Source: Lama glama
Taxonomy: Eukaryota
DNA length: 64,000 bases
Direction of reading: 5' to 3'
Assembly (NCBI GenBank): GCA_028534125.1
Contig: CM052816.1
Span: forward strand, 72,356,001 to 72,420,000
Under the pieces are notes generated by a model. It worked only from the letters and a program-made list of their open reading frames with translations. It was not told the DNA's origin and made no database searches. The translations under genes and the position numbers were made by a program. Each line of letters begins with the position of its first letter. The stretch's first letter is position 1. Shown here piece by piece: positions 40,427 through 52,857 of this stretch.

Positions 40427-42869
40427 TTTATTTTTTCTAGCCTTATTGAGGTATAATTGAAAAATAAAATAATAAATCATTTATATTATACAATATAATC
40501 ATTTAATAGATGCATTGTTAAATGATTCCTACAGTGAAGTTAATAAACAGATCCCTCACCTCACATAGCTATTTGATTTTTTTTAGATGAGATTTAATCT
40601 CTTAACACACTTCAAGTTTACAATATAGTATTATATTAACTGTAGTCACCATGCTGTACAGGAGATCTTTAGGACTTACTCATCTTATAACTGAATGTTT
40701 GTACCCTTTACTCAGCCTCTCTCCATTTCTTATACCCCCTAGCCTCTGGCAAACACCATTCTACTTTCTGCCTCAACTTTTTTAAGATTCTACATGTAAG
40801 AGGTAACATACAGTATTTATCTTTTTCTGTCTGGCTTATTTTCCTTAGCATAATGTTCTACAAGTTCACCCATGTTGCAAATGACAGGTTTTCTTTTCTT
40901 TCTTTGTTTCTTTTTTTAAGGATGAATAATGTTCCATTGTGTGTGTCTGTATCACATTTTTCATTCATCTGTCAACAGATACTTAGATTGTCCCATATTT
41001 TGGCTATTGCAAATAATGCTGCAACAGACATAGGGATATAGATATCTCTGCAGTACAGTGACTTCATTTCCGTTGAATATATAACCCAGAAGTGAGATTG
41101 CTGGTAGTTCTATTTTTATTTTCTTTTGATGAACCTCCGTACCAATTTCCATAATGGCTGTACCAATGTATATTCCCACCAACAAGAGTCCTCTTTTTTT
41201 CTATATCCCCTCCAACATTTATTGTCTCTGTCCTTTTGGTAATAGACATCCTAAGTGTGAGGTGATGTTTCATAGTGGTTTTTATTTGTTTCCCAGATAA
41301 TTAGTGATGCTGAGCATCTTTTCATATATCTATTGGCCATTTGTATATCTTCTTTGGAAAATGTCTATTCAGATCCTTTCCCCATTTCTAATTAGGTTAT
41401 TTGTTTCTGTTTTGCTGTTGGGTTTATGAGTTTCTTATATGTTTTAGATATTAACCCCTTATCAAATATATGGTTTGTAAATAGTTTCTCCATTTTGTAT
41501 ATTGCCTTTTTATTTTCTTGTTTGTTTTGCTTTTTGCTGTGCAAAACCTTTTTAATTTGGTGTAATCCCACATGTTAATTTTTCTTTTGTTGCCTTTGCT
41601 TTTGGTCTCAAGTCCAAAAAATCCTTGGCAAGACCAATATCAAGGAGCTTTCCCCCTGTGTTTCCTTCTAAAAGTTTTATATTTTCAGGCCTTATATTTA
41701 AGTCCACTTTGAGGTGATATTTGTGTATGGTGTAGTATAGGTGTCCAGTTTCTTCCTTTTGCATATGATTGTCCAGTTTTTCCAACTCCATTTATTAAGT
41801 TTTCCACTTATTGAAGAGGCTACCATCTCCCTATTGTGTATTCTTGGCTCCTTTGTCAAAAATTGGCTGAACAAGTGATTGAGTTTATTTCTGGGTCTGT
41901 ATTATGTTTCATTGATCTGTGTGTCTGTTTTTATGCCTATACTATACAACTATTTTATTTTGACTACTATTTCTCGTTAATATAGTTTGAAATCAGGGAC
42001 TTTGATGCCTTCAGACTTGCTCTCTTGATCAATAAATGTAATAGGCTACTAAACAAAATGAAGGATACAAATCATATAGTCATCTCAGTAGGTGCAGAAA
42101 AAGCATTTGACAAAATTAGACATCCTTTCATTATAAAAAAACTCTCAACAAACTAGGTGTAGATGGAATGTACCTCAATATAATAAAGACTATATATGGC
42201 AGGCCCACAGTTAGGATCATATTCAATGGTAAAAAGTTAAAAGCTTTACCTGTAAGGTCAGGAACAAAACAAGGGTGCCTACTTTCACCATTTCTATTCG
42301 GCATAGTACTGGGAGTCCTAGCCAGAGCAGTAAGGCAAGAAGAAGAAACAAACGGCATCCAAATTACAAAGGAAGAAATAAAATCGTCTCTGTTTCCAGA
42401 TGACATGATTTTATATATAGAAAACTCTAAAGACTCCACAAAAAACACTTAGAATTGACAAACACATTCAGTAAAGGTGTAGGATACAAATAACATACAG
42501 AAATCCATTGTGTTTCTATAGGCTAACAATGAACTATCCAAAAAAGAACTATCCCATGTATGATAACATCAAAAAGAATGAAATACTTAGGAGTGAATTT
42601 AACCAAGAAGGTGAAAGGTCTGTACCCTGAAAAGTATAAAACATTGAGGAAAGAAATTGAAGAGACACAAATAAATGGAAAGATATACCATATTCGTGGA
42701 TTTGAAATATTAACGTTGTTTTAATGCCCATAGTACCCAAAGCAATCTACAGATTCAGTGCAGTCCCCATCAAAATTCCAATGGCATTTTGAACAAAAAT
42801 AGAAATATACTCCTCAAATTAGTGTGGACCCACAAAAAATCTTGAATAGTTAAAGCAATCTTGAGAGAA
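40427..42869 (-). mobile_element. L1 (L1MA-type) with 5' inversion: minus-strand 3' part ~40427-42025, plus-strand RT segment ~42026-42869
   Basis: RT motif [13 protein letters not shown]...LFPDDMILY on +; TSD GGGAATTTTA at 40417-40426 and 42870-42879. Confidence 0.85.
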
Positions 42870-42984
42870 GGGAATTTTAAATAATTTTAAAACATATTTT
42901 ATCATTGTATCTTTCAGCTTATTCAAATTTTTTTGTAAGTAAACAGTGCTTCTAATAAAGTAGCATCAGCATTATTTTCCATAC

Positions 42985-43358
42985 CACTTAACGTATTTTT
43001 CATCCACTATTTCAGAGAATAGGCTCTAATAGACCAATGAAACAACATTGTCTCTGATAAGTAGACAAGAGCTTGCACTACATTCAATATGTCCAATTGG
43101 TTTTCATGCCTCTTGGGTTGCTGAGAACCTAATGCGTGTCTTATCTTAGTGTTGAAACATGATCTCCAAATCCTTAATACTGGTTTTTGTCCATACTTGT
43201 GGAAAACATTTACAATGAATTGTTTTCGTCTAGAACTTGACCACTGGTTATTAGCAACCTCATTCCAAGGTTGACCATGATAGATTTCAGAGAGCAAGCA
43301 GAAGACTTTGGTCCTTTTTGCTGCTCTCAGAGAATATATCTTTCTAGCATGGAACATC
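42985..43358 (-). pseudogene. Exon remnant, 374 nt: MFHARKIYSL...HWSIRAYSLK*WMKNTLS
   Basis: cctaattttcacctacag| acceptor; 116 open codons (listed ORF 43007-43357); one TAG; GTG|gtatgg donor, phase 1. Confidence 0.75.
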
Positions 43359-44792
43359 CTGTAGGTGAAAATTAGGAAGAGAGAATGATAGATTTTTTTA
43401 CTTGAAAAACTGTTTTGATCAGACCATGTTTTGATTAGATCATCATCAGGTCAGATTGATCAAATGACCAATGTGAGGCTCATAGTTTTTTTTCCTGTTC
43501 TAAGCACATGTGATATCATATGCTATTATTTGGAAATTCTGCCTCTTTCCCAATCCAGAAATATGAAAATGTTTATATCCTAAAACCATTCAATCTCTAA
43601 TATGAGGTTTCTCTCCAGTTTCCACATATATAGAATGCACTGTCTTTAAAACTATAATGTGACCATGCTGTATAATATTCTAAATAGTGGTTTATATAGT
43701 TGGCCAAATTTTTCGTCTTGGACAGTTGAAGAATCTCCACATTGACCTAAATTAGAAAAAATAGATGGCCATTTTCTAAAGTTCGTTTTGTATTTTTTAA
43801 ACATTTGGCTCCAGTTAACAAAAGAAGTTTTTGTTTATCTAGGCAGATAAGATGGACAGTTGTAAGGTAAGCAATGATCATCCAAACCCTCTTACAGTCG
43901 CAGACATGCAGGTTTTGTGACCTGATTTGACTGAGATCTCAGTATCTGAGTTGATGTAATTCAGTGGATAAATGCTTCACTCTGCACTTTCAGACAGGCC
44001 AGAGAGAGAACCAAATTAGAACTTAGAGGGCCTCTCCCTTAGGACTTGCCTACCTACCCTCTTAGGTAACTTATTTTTTTCCTGAGCTTTTAAAACACAA
44101 TTGCTTGCTTTTTAAATAATTTTTTTTATTATTATTATTTAAAGAGGCAATGTTTAAAGGCCAGTTGGAAATTCAGGCATGGTCCCTAGGCATGTGACAC
44201 CTTTTTGGGGCTGGTGGTCCTTAGTGACTGGATTTTCAGCTTTGTAAGGCCAGAAACTCAATCCCATCATTAAACACAGACTTGATCTGACTCAGGGGAA
44301 CTGACTCATGTTAATGAAACTCATAAGAGACTCATGATAAGCCAGAAGGCTAGTTCATTAATTCATAATTAGAAATAGATCTGCCAAGAGGAAGGAAATA
44401 CAGCTGGTCAGCAATTCTCTCCCAGAATGTAAATTCACATGAAAATGCAAAAAGGCAGCTTGGTTTAAACAGAACCAGTGGGAAGAGAGCTGGATAATAT
44501 TAGTGAATAGTTTGATCTGGCTACGCTAGCTTCATATTCCCTTTTCTTTATAGGCTTCTGCCTGGAAAAGGAACTGCGATTCTCCTTTCACAGGGCAGCG
44601 TCCCTTGTGAGCTGAAGAGACACTGGCCCAAGCTTTCACTTTTGATCATCTTTAAGTCAGTTAGGTTGCAATATAACTGAATGACTAATTTCTTTACTAA
44701 CATGTTATGTTTACAGGCTCTTGTGTATGTAGCTTGATCTTCTTGATAGAGACTGAGAAAACCTTCAATTCAACCAGCAACAACATACTTAC

Positions 44793-44865
44793 GAATCATC
44801 CCTAAGGATATTCTACATCAGTAGTCAGCCTCATTTAAAATGAATGAAGTATCACAATATATTCC
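44793..44865 (-). pseudogene. Exon remnant, 73 nt: GNIL*YFIHFK*G*LLM*NILRDDS
   Basis: tatttcag| acceptor, TTC|gtaagt donor; phase 1 to 2 matches both neighbours, but 4 stops. Confidence 0.6.
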
Positions 44866-46137
44866 CTGAAATACTTTAAGTCATGACAAAGGAATACCCT
44901 CATTAATTTGGGTGTTCTGGTTGCCTTCAGACCATTTATGATATTCTTTCTATAGCATCTGTGCAACACGCTAAGAAAAGAGGAAAAGTGACAAATGTGG
45001 ACAGTTTAAATTCCCTTTCGTGAACAGTCTGAACACCCAATTCATTTGTGTTTGAAGAGCACTATTAGTGAGGTCATACTGATAAGGTGAGAATGAAAAG
45101 AAATGCCCATCTTAATTCCTACTTATAAGGAGCTGACAAATATATAATAAAGCAATTGTTTTCTGTTTGATAAAAATACACATAGCATTGGAACTAGACA
45201 AAATATAATTTTCTCTCTTTTAGGTGACTTAGAAGGAATCCTAGGGCCAGTGTCATGAATATCCATTTTCACTCTAGGCAGAGAAATCTAGGAGACTTTA
45301 GACAGCATGCTATATTTAAAAATGTAATATAGAGATATCAAATAGGGAGAGAGATGGTAAGGTAATTATATTAGTAGATAGCTTAATGGTAAGTTCTTAC
45401 ACATTCACAGGTAATTTATGGATTAGAGTAGATTGGGAGACACTAATAAATCTGAAGACTTTTAGTTCTGCCTCAAAGAAACAATTTTGTATTTAAAAAA
45501 ATTTTTTAATTCTAATTTTTAGAATCTGATATGCTTAGAGAAGATAAGATGATTGAAACAAATGTGACCTTAAATTTGGTCAGAATTCCTTTAAACGTGA
45601 TAAAAGTTTGATTACATTTCTATTTAATATTTTATGGAATAATGTTTTGGGAATAATTTACTTGATTTGTTTCCTTGAAGATCAAAATTCTAGTACTGGG
45701 CATTATTTAGCTATTTAGAGATAATAATTTTACTACAAAAAATTATGCATGAATCCAGATTTTTTTTTTTAAACCATAGAGCTGAGAATTCTAGGGGACA
45801 TTATTTTCATTTCTTACAAACTCTTCTTATATATTCAGGCTTAGAAGGTGAATCATGCATAATACTTTCTATATCTCTCTCTATATATGTCTATTCTGTG
45901 GATTCATTTATTAACTGAGAGTCATTTGGCTGTTGCAAGCAAGCCAATATTTCCAAATATGTCACCCATCTACCCTGCTCAGGTGAGGGGAAGTAGTCAA
46001 AACCAGGGAAGGATGCACAGAGACTGTACCTAAGAAAATTCACGTTTCTGCAGCCCACACACCAGGCCCTGTCAGGGCTTTGTTCCTACACTTGCTGCCA
46101 CATCCCCACTCCCGGCTATGAGACCGCAGGTGCCAAC

Positions 46138-46437
46138 CGTGACCCCTCTCCAGTGTAAGAAGTTTCAGGTGTTTGGTGGAGAAATCTTTCGGATAACAGA
46201 AGTATTGTATTGGATGTGTGTTTTTAAAAAGAGTATCATGGAGTCTGTAATTATATACATATATTTTGGTCTTTTGATTCACTATAGAATCAGCAAAATG
46301 TGCATAAGGAGATTCAGGAAATGGTTCTGTTCCAGTTTCTATTATTTGTCTCCAAACTTTCCAGTCTTCAAACTCTTAAGAATACTTTTGTGCAAATTTT
46401 GTCCTTATTCAGATGAAACTTTTTATTTAAACCGATG
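46138..46437 (-). pseudogene. Exon remnant, ~300 nt: ...IRTKFAQKYS*EFEDWKVWRQIIETGTEPFPESPYAHFADSIVNQKTKIYVYNYRLHDTLFKNTHPIQYFCYPKDFSTKHLKLLTLERG
   Basis: About 80 open codons (overlaps listed ORF 46040-46282). Acceptor degenerate, 5' end frameshifted; candidate phase-1 donors at 46144 or 46138. Confidence 0.65.
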
Positions 46438-47139
46438 CATAGGAAAGTACTCTTTTTTTTTTTTTAAATCAATGTTGTGAACAACAAATTAACTTTCTGG
46501 TAGGAAGTTTGTATAACTGTCACTATACTTGTTTTATGTTATCTGAGTTTAAATTGAGTTCTAACACCTCCATACATATTTTTATCCAGGTCAAAGAATC
46601 AGTGACTTCTAAATAGAATATTGTCTTCCTTTAAGCTTAGTTACTGACTATAGAGTTCTACCCAGGTTACATGAATCATCCAACACTAATGCTAGTTAAA
46701 TATTTAAAAAGCCGCTCAAAGAGTGAGAGTGCAAAGTTTCGGGTTGGGGCTTAGCCTGAGTAAAGATTGTTTTATAAATTCATACACAACATAGTTACTA
46801 TTTTTTCCAATGTTATAATCGTAGTTTGAGAATATTTTTTTAAAGTTATGTTTTCTATTGTTTTTAATTTTGCAGAAATAGCAAGATTTTTAATGGATTA
46901 AATAAATCTTTTAGTGCTTTTCTTCAAGTAAAAGAAAAAAATTCTTGGTAACAGAATGGATTGCATCTATAAAACTATACCTTGTTACAATAATGATGTT
47001 GCAGTTAAGGCAGAGAGAAGAATGGAAGACTGGAAAAATGAGATAGAATGAAAAATGCTGAGGGGTGACACTTGCTGCCAGATGACCGTTGGGGGTGTGA
47101 ACACACTCTGTAAAAAGTGAAATCTTCTCATTCACTTAC

Positions 47140-47260
47140 TGCAACAGTTTTCTGGACAATTTTTACTCTAGAAAATGTATTTCAGTGCAAACCATACTCC
47201 ACACTGTGTGGAATGATCATTACTGTATCTGCCTTAACGTAAGCATTGGGTACTTCATTG
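47140..47260 (-). pseudogene. Exon remnant, 121 nt: NEVPNAYVKADTVMIIPHSVEYGLH*NTFSRVKIVQKTVA
   Basis: ctttattctcttaaag| acceptor, GCA|gtaagt donor; single TGA; C2-like P-x-[AP]-YVK and K-x-V-x-KT motifs. Confidence 0.75.
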
Positions 47261-47553
47261 CTTTAAGAGAATAAAGTTTACTGAGAAATAATATAGATAT
47301 TGAGAGAATTAATTAAGAAAGGCTTATGCTCCTAGTGGCCTTACATGCATATATGCATATATGCAGATCGTTTCATTTTGGAAATGTGGAAAAATGTTTT
47401 TGAAGAAACTTTTAAGACAAAGAACTGCAGCCACAGGCTGAAAAGTAAAGGATTTCCTGGAATGAGTCTATGTGTTTCACTGTAAGATTAGATTTAGAGT
47501 CAAGAAATGAGGATGCCACTTAAGTGGATTAATAATGACTAAACAGCTCTTAC

Positions 47554-47634
47554 ACACACCCAGTTGTAATTGTTTCCTTCATGTTGACTCTTGAAGTATC
47601 GTATTTAGCCGCTTTTAAGGGTGTTACTTAAATT
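47554..47634 (-). pseudogene. Exon remnant, 81 nt: I*VTPLKAAKYDTSRVNMKETITTGC (start of C2-like domain)
   Basis: caacag| acceptor (weak), TGT|gtaaga donor; phase 2-2. Confidence 0.65.
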
Positions 47635-48431
47635 CTGTTGTTTTAACAAATGATAATATTTTTAAGATATTAAAAGATGGATAGTACATTCAATATCTTT
47701 TTTTCAGATAAAAATCACCAACAACAGCAAAAACCTGGCTATTTGGACCATGTTGTCTTGACTACAGTACTGCCTCACCTGACAGCAGCATTCTTGAATG
47801 TCAGGGTCCTATTTTTGATATTTGAATATAAATATGACAATTATAAAAGTACAGAATGTTACAGCAAAACTCTATTCATATACTTTGTTGTAATCCCTTG
47901 ATTGGATTATTTAGCATATACCAGTGCCTTCCTCAGTGTAACAGGAAGACTCTATAAAAAAAATCAAAGGCTTACTGATTTACAAGCAGATATTAAATAG
48001 CTCCATGGGGACAGTGTCTGTATATGGCTTTTTGGACACTTGTTAGTATATACTTGGCACAAAGTCCATAAATGACTGTTGAATGAATATATATATACTA
48101 TTGAATGAATTAATGAGTAGATGAATGAATGAATGAATGACTTGTTGCTAGATTATTTCAAGGTGTAAATCATGATGTTGCTGTTTTTTTGGAGCAGAAT
48201 TGTCCAAACTTCATATTCTATTGGGGAGACAAAAGTAGGTTAGAGCCCTTATCAATTTTGGGGTGTCAGAACAGAAGATGATAAAAGCCAAATTGGGTAA
48301 AATATCAGAGACAAACTTGGCATCAGAAACCAAAGTCAGTAAGCAGCACAGGCAGAGAGCTTCCCTGGAACAGCTCAGGAAGCAGAAGTGGGGCCACAAA
48401 ATAGAATCCTGAAAAACAACGTCTTGCTCAC

Positions 48432-48524
48432 ATGTGACCGCTTTTAAAGGAAGCATTAGGTTTTTTTTGAAGGCTTTCCTTGGATCTGCCATTTAACAGT
48501 TAAAATTGTGATGCAAGTGGTATC
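48432..48524 (-). pseudogene. Exon remnant, 93 nt: IPLASQF*LLNGRSKESLQKKPNASFKSGH
   Basis: ttacag| acceptor, CAT|gtgagc donor; phase 2-2; 1 stop. Confidence 0.7.
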
Positions 48525-49119
48525 CTGTAATTTTATAGTTGGATCGTCATTTAGAAAGAGTTTTTTTTGATCGTTTCCATTGTTGGTCTTACTCTAGAAA
48601 ATCTATTCTCTTATTCTGGTAATGTGTCTAAATGTCCACATTGGAAAAATCAGTCTCATTTAGAGCAGACTTGCTGTAATTAAGATCTCTGAGATAGAAC
48701 AGGATCACAAGAATTTCCCTATCCTGGAAGGGGTTGACATGTATTCTACTCATCTGACAGAGCTGCTCACACCTAATAGAAGCTGCTTCTCGAATGCACA
48801 TTATAATGGCAATATTGAAAGATAAATTAGTTCTAGCTCTTCAAATCTTTGCATTTCTGAGCACTATTCTATGGAATCCTGCTCTTTTAAGCCTGGCTAC
48901 TTTTTAAAGGGAAAATACTCATTCAATCTGTATCTACCTTTATTAATGCCCTCATATTTTTTACTTCAGCCCAATTAACTGCAGCTCACCTGCCTTCATA
49001 TAGATGGTCTAAACTTTAAGTTTGATTCTTTATAGACTAAAATATGTTTCTTTGCTGGATAGATGCTGATTTAGTATTAAAAATTACTTTCACCAGAATC
49101 TTTTGTGCAGATTACTTAT

Positions 49120-50372
49120 CTATGTTCCTGATGCCAAGCATACTCCCACTTTCCATTTTCTGATTATGTGCAATTTTCCAAATCTTTTGGGCTTTCAGGT
49201 TGTTTTTTGTTTTTTTTTTTTTGAAATAGAGCCGTTTTTGGTTCATAGCAGAATTGAGTAGAAAGTACAGGGAATCCCGTATACTCTCAGACCCCACACA
49301 GGCACAGCCTTCCCTCTATCAAATCCTGCACCTGACTGGTACATTTGTTATAATTAATAAACCTAGAGTGACACATTATCATCACCTAAAGCCCAGAGTT
49401 TATAATAGGATTTACTCTCCATGTCGTCCATTCTATGGGTTTTGATAAATGTATAAATGACATTCACCATTGTATCAGTGTATATTCACTATTATAGTAT
49501 CATACAGAATAATTTCATTGCCCTGAAAATTGTCTATACTCTGCCTATTCATTTCTCCCTCTCCCCTCCCCACAACACTTAGAAATCACTTTTTTACTTT
49601 CTCCATAGTTTTACCTTGTTAAAATGTCATACAGTTGGGATCCTACAGTATTTAGCCTTCTCAGATTGGCTTCTTTTAACTTAGTGATAGCATTTAAGTT
49701 TCCTCTATTTCTTTTCATGACTTGATAGCTCATTTCTTTTTAGTGTTGAGTAATATTCCATTGTCTGGATGTACCATAAATTACTTATCCATTCACCTAC
49801 TGAAGGGCTTCTTGGTTGCTTCCAATTTTGTGCAGTTGTGATTAAAGCTGCTATACACATGTGTGTGCAGTTTTTGTGTAGACAGAAATTTTCATCTCAT
49901 TTGTGTAAATACCATGGAGTGTGATTGCTGGATCTTAGAAAGTAAAACACCTCTGCCAATATGTCCTCCCAAGTAGCTGAATCATTTTGCATTTCCACCA
50001 GTAATGAATGGGAGTTCTTGTTTGTTCACAGCTTTGCCAGCATTTGGTGTTGTTAATGTTTTGAATTTTGGTCATTCTAATAGGTGTGTAGTGGTATCTC
50101 AGTATTGTTTTAATTTGAAATTCTGTAATGACAAGTGATTTTGAGCATCTTTCCATATGCTTATTCGCCATCTGTGTAATCTTCCGTGCTGAGTTGTCTG
50201 TTCAGGTCTTCTGTTCATTTTTTAATTGAGTTATTAACTTTCTTATTTCTGAGTTTTAAAAGTTTTTATATATTTTGATAACAGTCCTTTATCAGATACA
50301 TCTTTCATAAATATTTTGTCCTGGTCTGTGTCTTGTCTTCTTATTCTTTTGACAGATTGACTTTTTTTTAAC
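49120..50372 (-). pseudogene. Exon split by L1: 50353-50372 + 49120-49195 = 96 nt, LKKSQSESPKDLENCT*SENGKWEYAWHQEH
   Basis: tattttaaag| acceptor at 50373; degenerate donor AG|ataagt at 49119; the halves rejoin across an approximate TSD into a phase 2-2 exon matching both neighbours. Confidence 0.65.
49209..50352 (-). mobile_element. L1MC1-like 3' end inserted inside a pseudo-exon
   Basis: polyT tail, L1MC-type 3' UTR, ORF2 end (RYHYTPIRMTKI..KCW); approximate TSD caggttgttttt / cagattgactttt. Confidence 0.85.
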
Positions 50373-51254
50373 CTTTAAAATAGCCCCTGTGTTATTTCTA
50401 TCTTCTTGCCACTTGACTGCTTGCTTGAATCAATTATCCCCTTGCTCTGGCATCGCTCACCAGGGTGAACTGGGTCTTTCAACTAGTTCCTGATGTCCAG
50501 CTTCAACTTCTTTATCTGCTTCTGTTTTCAGAGGGCCAGAGAGCTCAGTCAGGGTTCTTACCATGCTCACTTCCCAGACATTTTCCTAGCATTTTTGTGG
50601 CACCATCCTCATGCAAGCAGACTGGTTCATTAATGTAAAAACAAACAACCGAGCAAACAAAACAAATAAGGAAATATGTGACCTCTTTCCAGTATCTATG
50701 CAGACAATTAGACTTCCTTAACCTAATGTCAGCTCTCAGCAATGTATGAACATGATAATATTTGCCTTCTCTGCTCCCTTCAAAGTTAATATTTGATGCA
50801 TATCAAAGTGTATATGGAACAGATACATAAATTATGAAGCATGAAATTAAAATAAACACCTGGGAACCCACCTTCCAATTTAAGATTAATTACATTGGCA
50901 GTAACATTGACACTACCTAAGCACTGTGCCAGCTTCCTTCAGGTAACTACAAACTTAAGTTTTGTTTTATTATTCCCTTTCTTTTAAAAAATAGTTTATC
51001 ATAGATGTATAGTCCTAAATGATGTCTTATTTAGGTATGATTGTCCTGAGTGCTTTAAAACTCGTAATATACTTTGTAGTCTTTAGCAACCTGCTTTTTT
51101 TCCCTCAGCCTGTTTCCTAAGATTTATCAAAGTCCCAAGTGGGTGTTGAGTAAGACTCTTGAATATCCTTCCCCAAATTACTTCTCATTCCTACCCAAGT
51201 TTTTCTTCTTTCCATGTTACATCCCAGAATCATCATTTTATTTCCCCAATTATA

Positions 51255-52095
51255 TTCTTTGTTTAAATACAGATTTATTGAGAGATCTTTGACATATAAA
51301 AATTGTATAGATTTAAGGTATTCCACTTGATGTTTCAAATATATTTACACATTGTGAAAAGATCCACAATCAAGCTAAATAACTAATCCATCACCTTTAC
51401 AAAGTTACCATTGTGTATGTGTGTTGAGAAGATTTCATTTAAGATCTATCTTCTTAGCAAGTATACAATACAGTACTATTAACTGTAGCCACCACACTGT
51501 ACATTTCATCTGGCATAACTCAAACTTTGTACCCTTTGACCAACATCTCATTCCAGCTCTCCACCCCTCCTACCTCTGGCAACCATCATTCTACTCTCTG
51601 CTTCTGTGAGTTCCACTATTTTAGATTCCATATGTAAGTGACATCATGCAATATTTATCTTTCTGTGTCTGGTTTATTTTACATAGTTTAATGTCTTCCA
51701 GGTTCATCCATGTTGTTGTAAATAGCAGCATTTCCTTTTTTAAGGCTGAATAGTATTTCATTGTCCGTGTATGTGTGTCACATTGTCTGATTCATCCATT
51801 CATCCAAAAATGGACATCTACATTGTTTCAGTATCTTTGCTGTTCTGAGTAATAAAGTAATTAAGAGAGTGTGCAGATATCCCTTCAAAAGACTGTTTTC
51901 ACTTATTTGCATATATACCTATAAGTAGGATTGCTGCGTCATATGATAGTTCTATTTTTAATTTTCTGACGGGCTTCCAAACTGTGTCCTAAAATAGCTG
52001 TGCCAATTTACATTCCTACCAGTAGTGTGCAAGAGTTCCCATTCTCCACATCCTTTCAAATACTTATCTTTTATCTTTTTGATAATATCCATTGT
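51255..52095 (-). mobile_element. L1MA-type 3' end
   Basis: Antisense L1 3' UTR and ORF2 end. Confidence 0.8.
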
Positions 52096-52129
52096 AATCT
52101 GAAACTCCCTTGTTCTGAAGGATATTTAC

Positions 52130-52197
52130 CTGATAAATTCCTCAAAGTATTATTCTTCCCAAGTGGGTTTTAATTCTAATGGATTCAAAATCATGAG
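52130..52197 (-). pseudogene. Exon remnant, 68 nt: LMILNPLELKPTWEE*YFEEFI
   Basis: ttcttcag| acceptor, CAG|gtaaat donor; phase 0 to 2. Confidence 0.7.
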
Positions 52198-52358
52198 CTG
52201 AAGAATTATAAGCCTATGCAGGAAGTATAGGTATCAACAAACATGAAGAGAATGATTTGGGGAAGTGGCAGTCTTCCCAGCAATCTTGTAATTGCTACAA
52301 GAAATTAGTTTTTATTTCCAGCCATATCTAAATTCAGCCTTAATAATAAGGAACTTAC

Positions 52359-52408
52359 TTTTAATATGTTGGCTTTTGACATGCTAATATATTTTATGCG
52401 CTGGCTAG
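52359..52408 (-). pseudogene. Exon remnant, 50 nt: SQRIKYISMSKANILK
   Basis: tttctgttttgtttccag| acceptor, AAA|gtaagt donor; open in the frame continuing downstream. Confidence 0.75.
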
Positions 52409-52664
52409 CTGGAAACAAAACAGAAATGAAAAGAATATTTGTAATAGATTTAATGACACATAAATGATCTAGTTGCATATACACTGTAGAAATATATACT
52501 CTGAGTTAAACTGAATTAGATTTAATTCTACAGTATTTTATATGAGACTCTCTTGGTAGAACTGGGAAATGTATGTTTATATTAGATATTTTCAATTTTC
52601 AAGAGTCAGTGTATCTACTGGAAAATATAGTTTCATGCATATTAACTTGTTTGGATTAAATTAC

Positions 52665-52760
52665 CTTTGGGATTTTAACAACAAATGTTATTTGTTTTCA
52701 ATTCTTCTTGTCTTTATGATTGTTACTTTAAAATATTTCTCTTCTTTTCTCAACAACACA
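52665..52760 (-). pseudogene. Exon remnant, 96 nt (best frame VLLRKEEKYFKVTIIKTRRIENK*HLLLKSQ; frameshift likely)
   Basis: ttttgaatgttag| acceptor, AAG|gtaatt donor. Confidence 0.6.
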
Positions 52761-52857
52761 CTAACATTCAAAATGAACATATGCCTTTGTAAGTAAACAT
52801 AAATTCAGTTCTCCAAAAAAATCTGAGTTAAAGCTAAATATAATCTTGCTTTTTCAC

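Noticed and set aside
43007..43357. 116-aa ORF as a stand-alone gene or protein-kinase fragment (VVQALVYLSETMLFHWSI resembles the alphaE-HRD region)
   Set aside because: The ATG directly follows a splice acceptor, so it reads better as an internal exon. No HRD, DFG or APE motifs follow, so a kinase call is unsupported.
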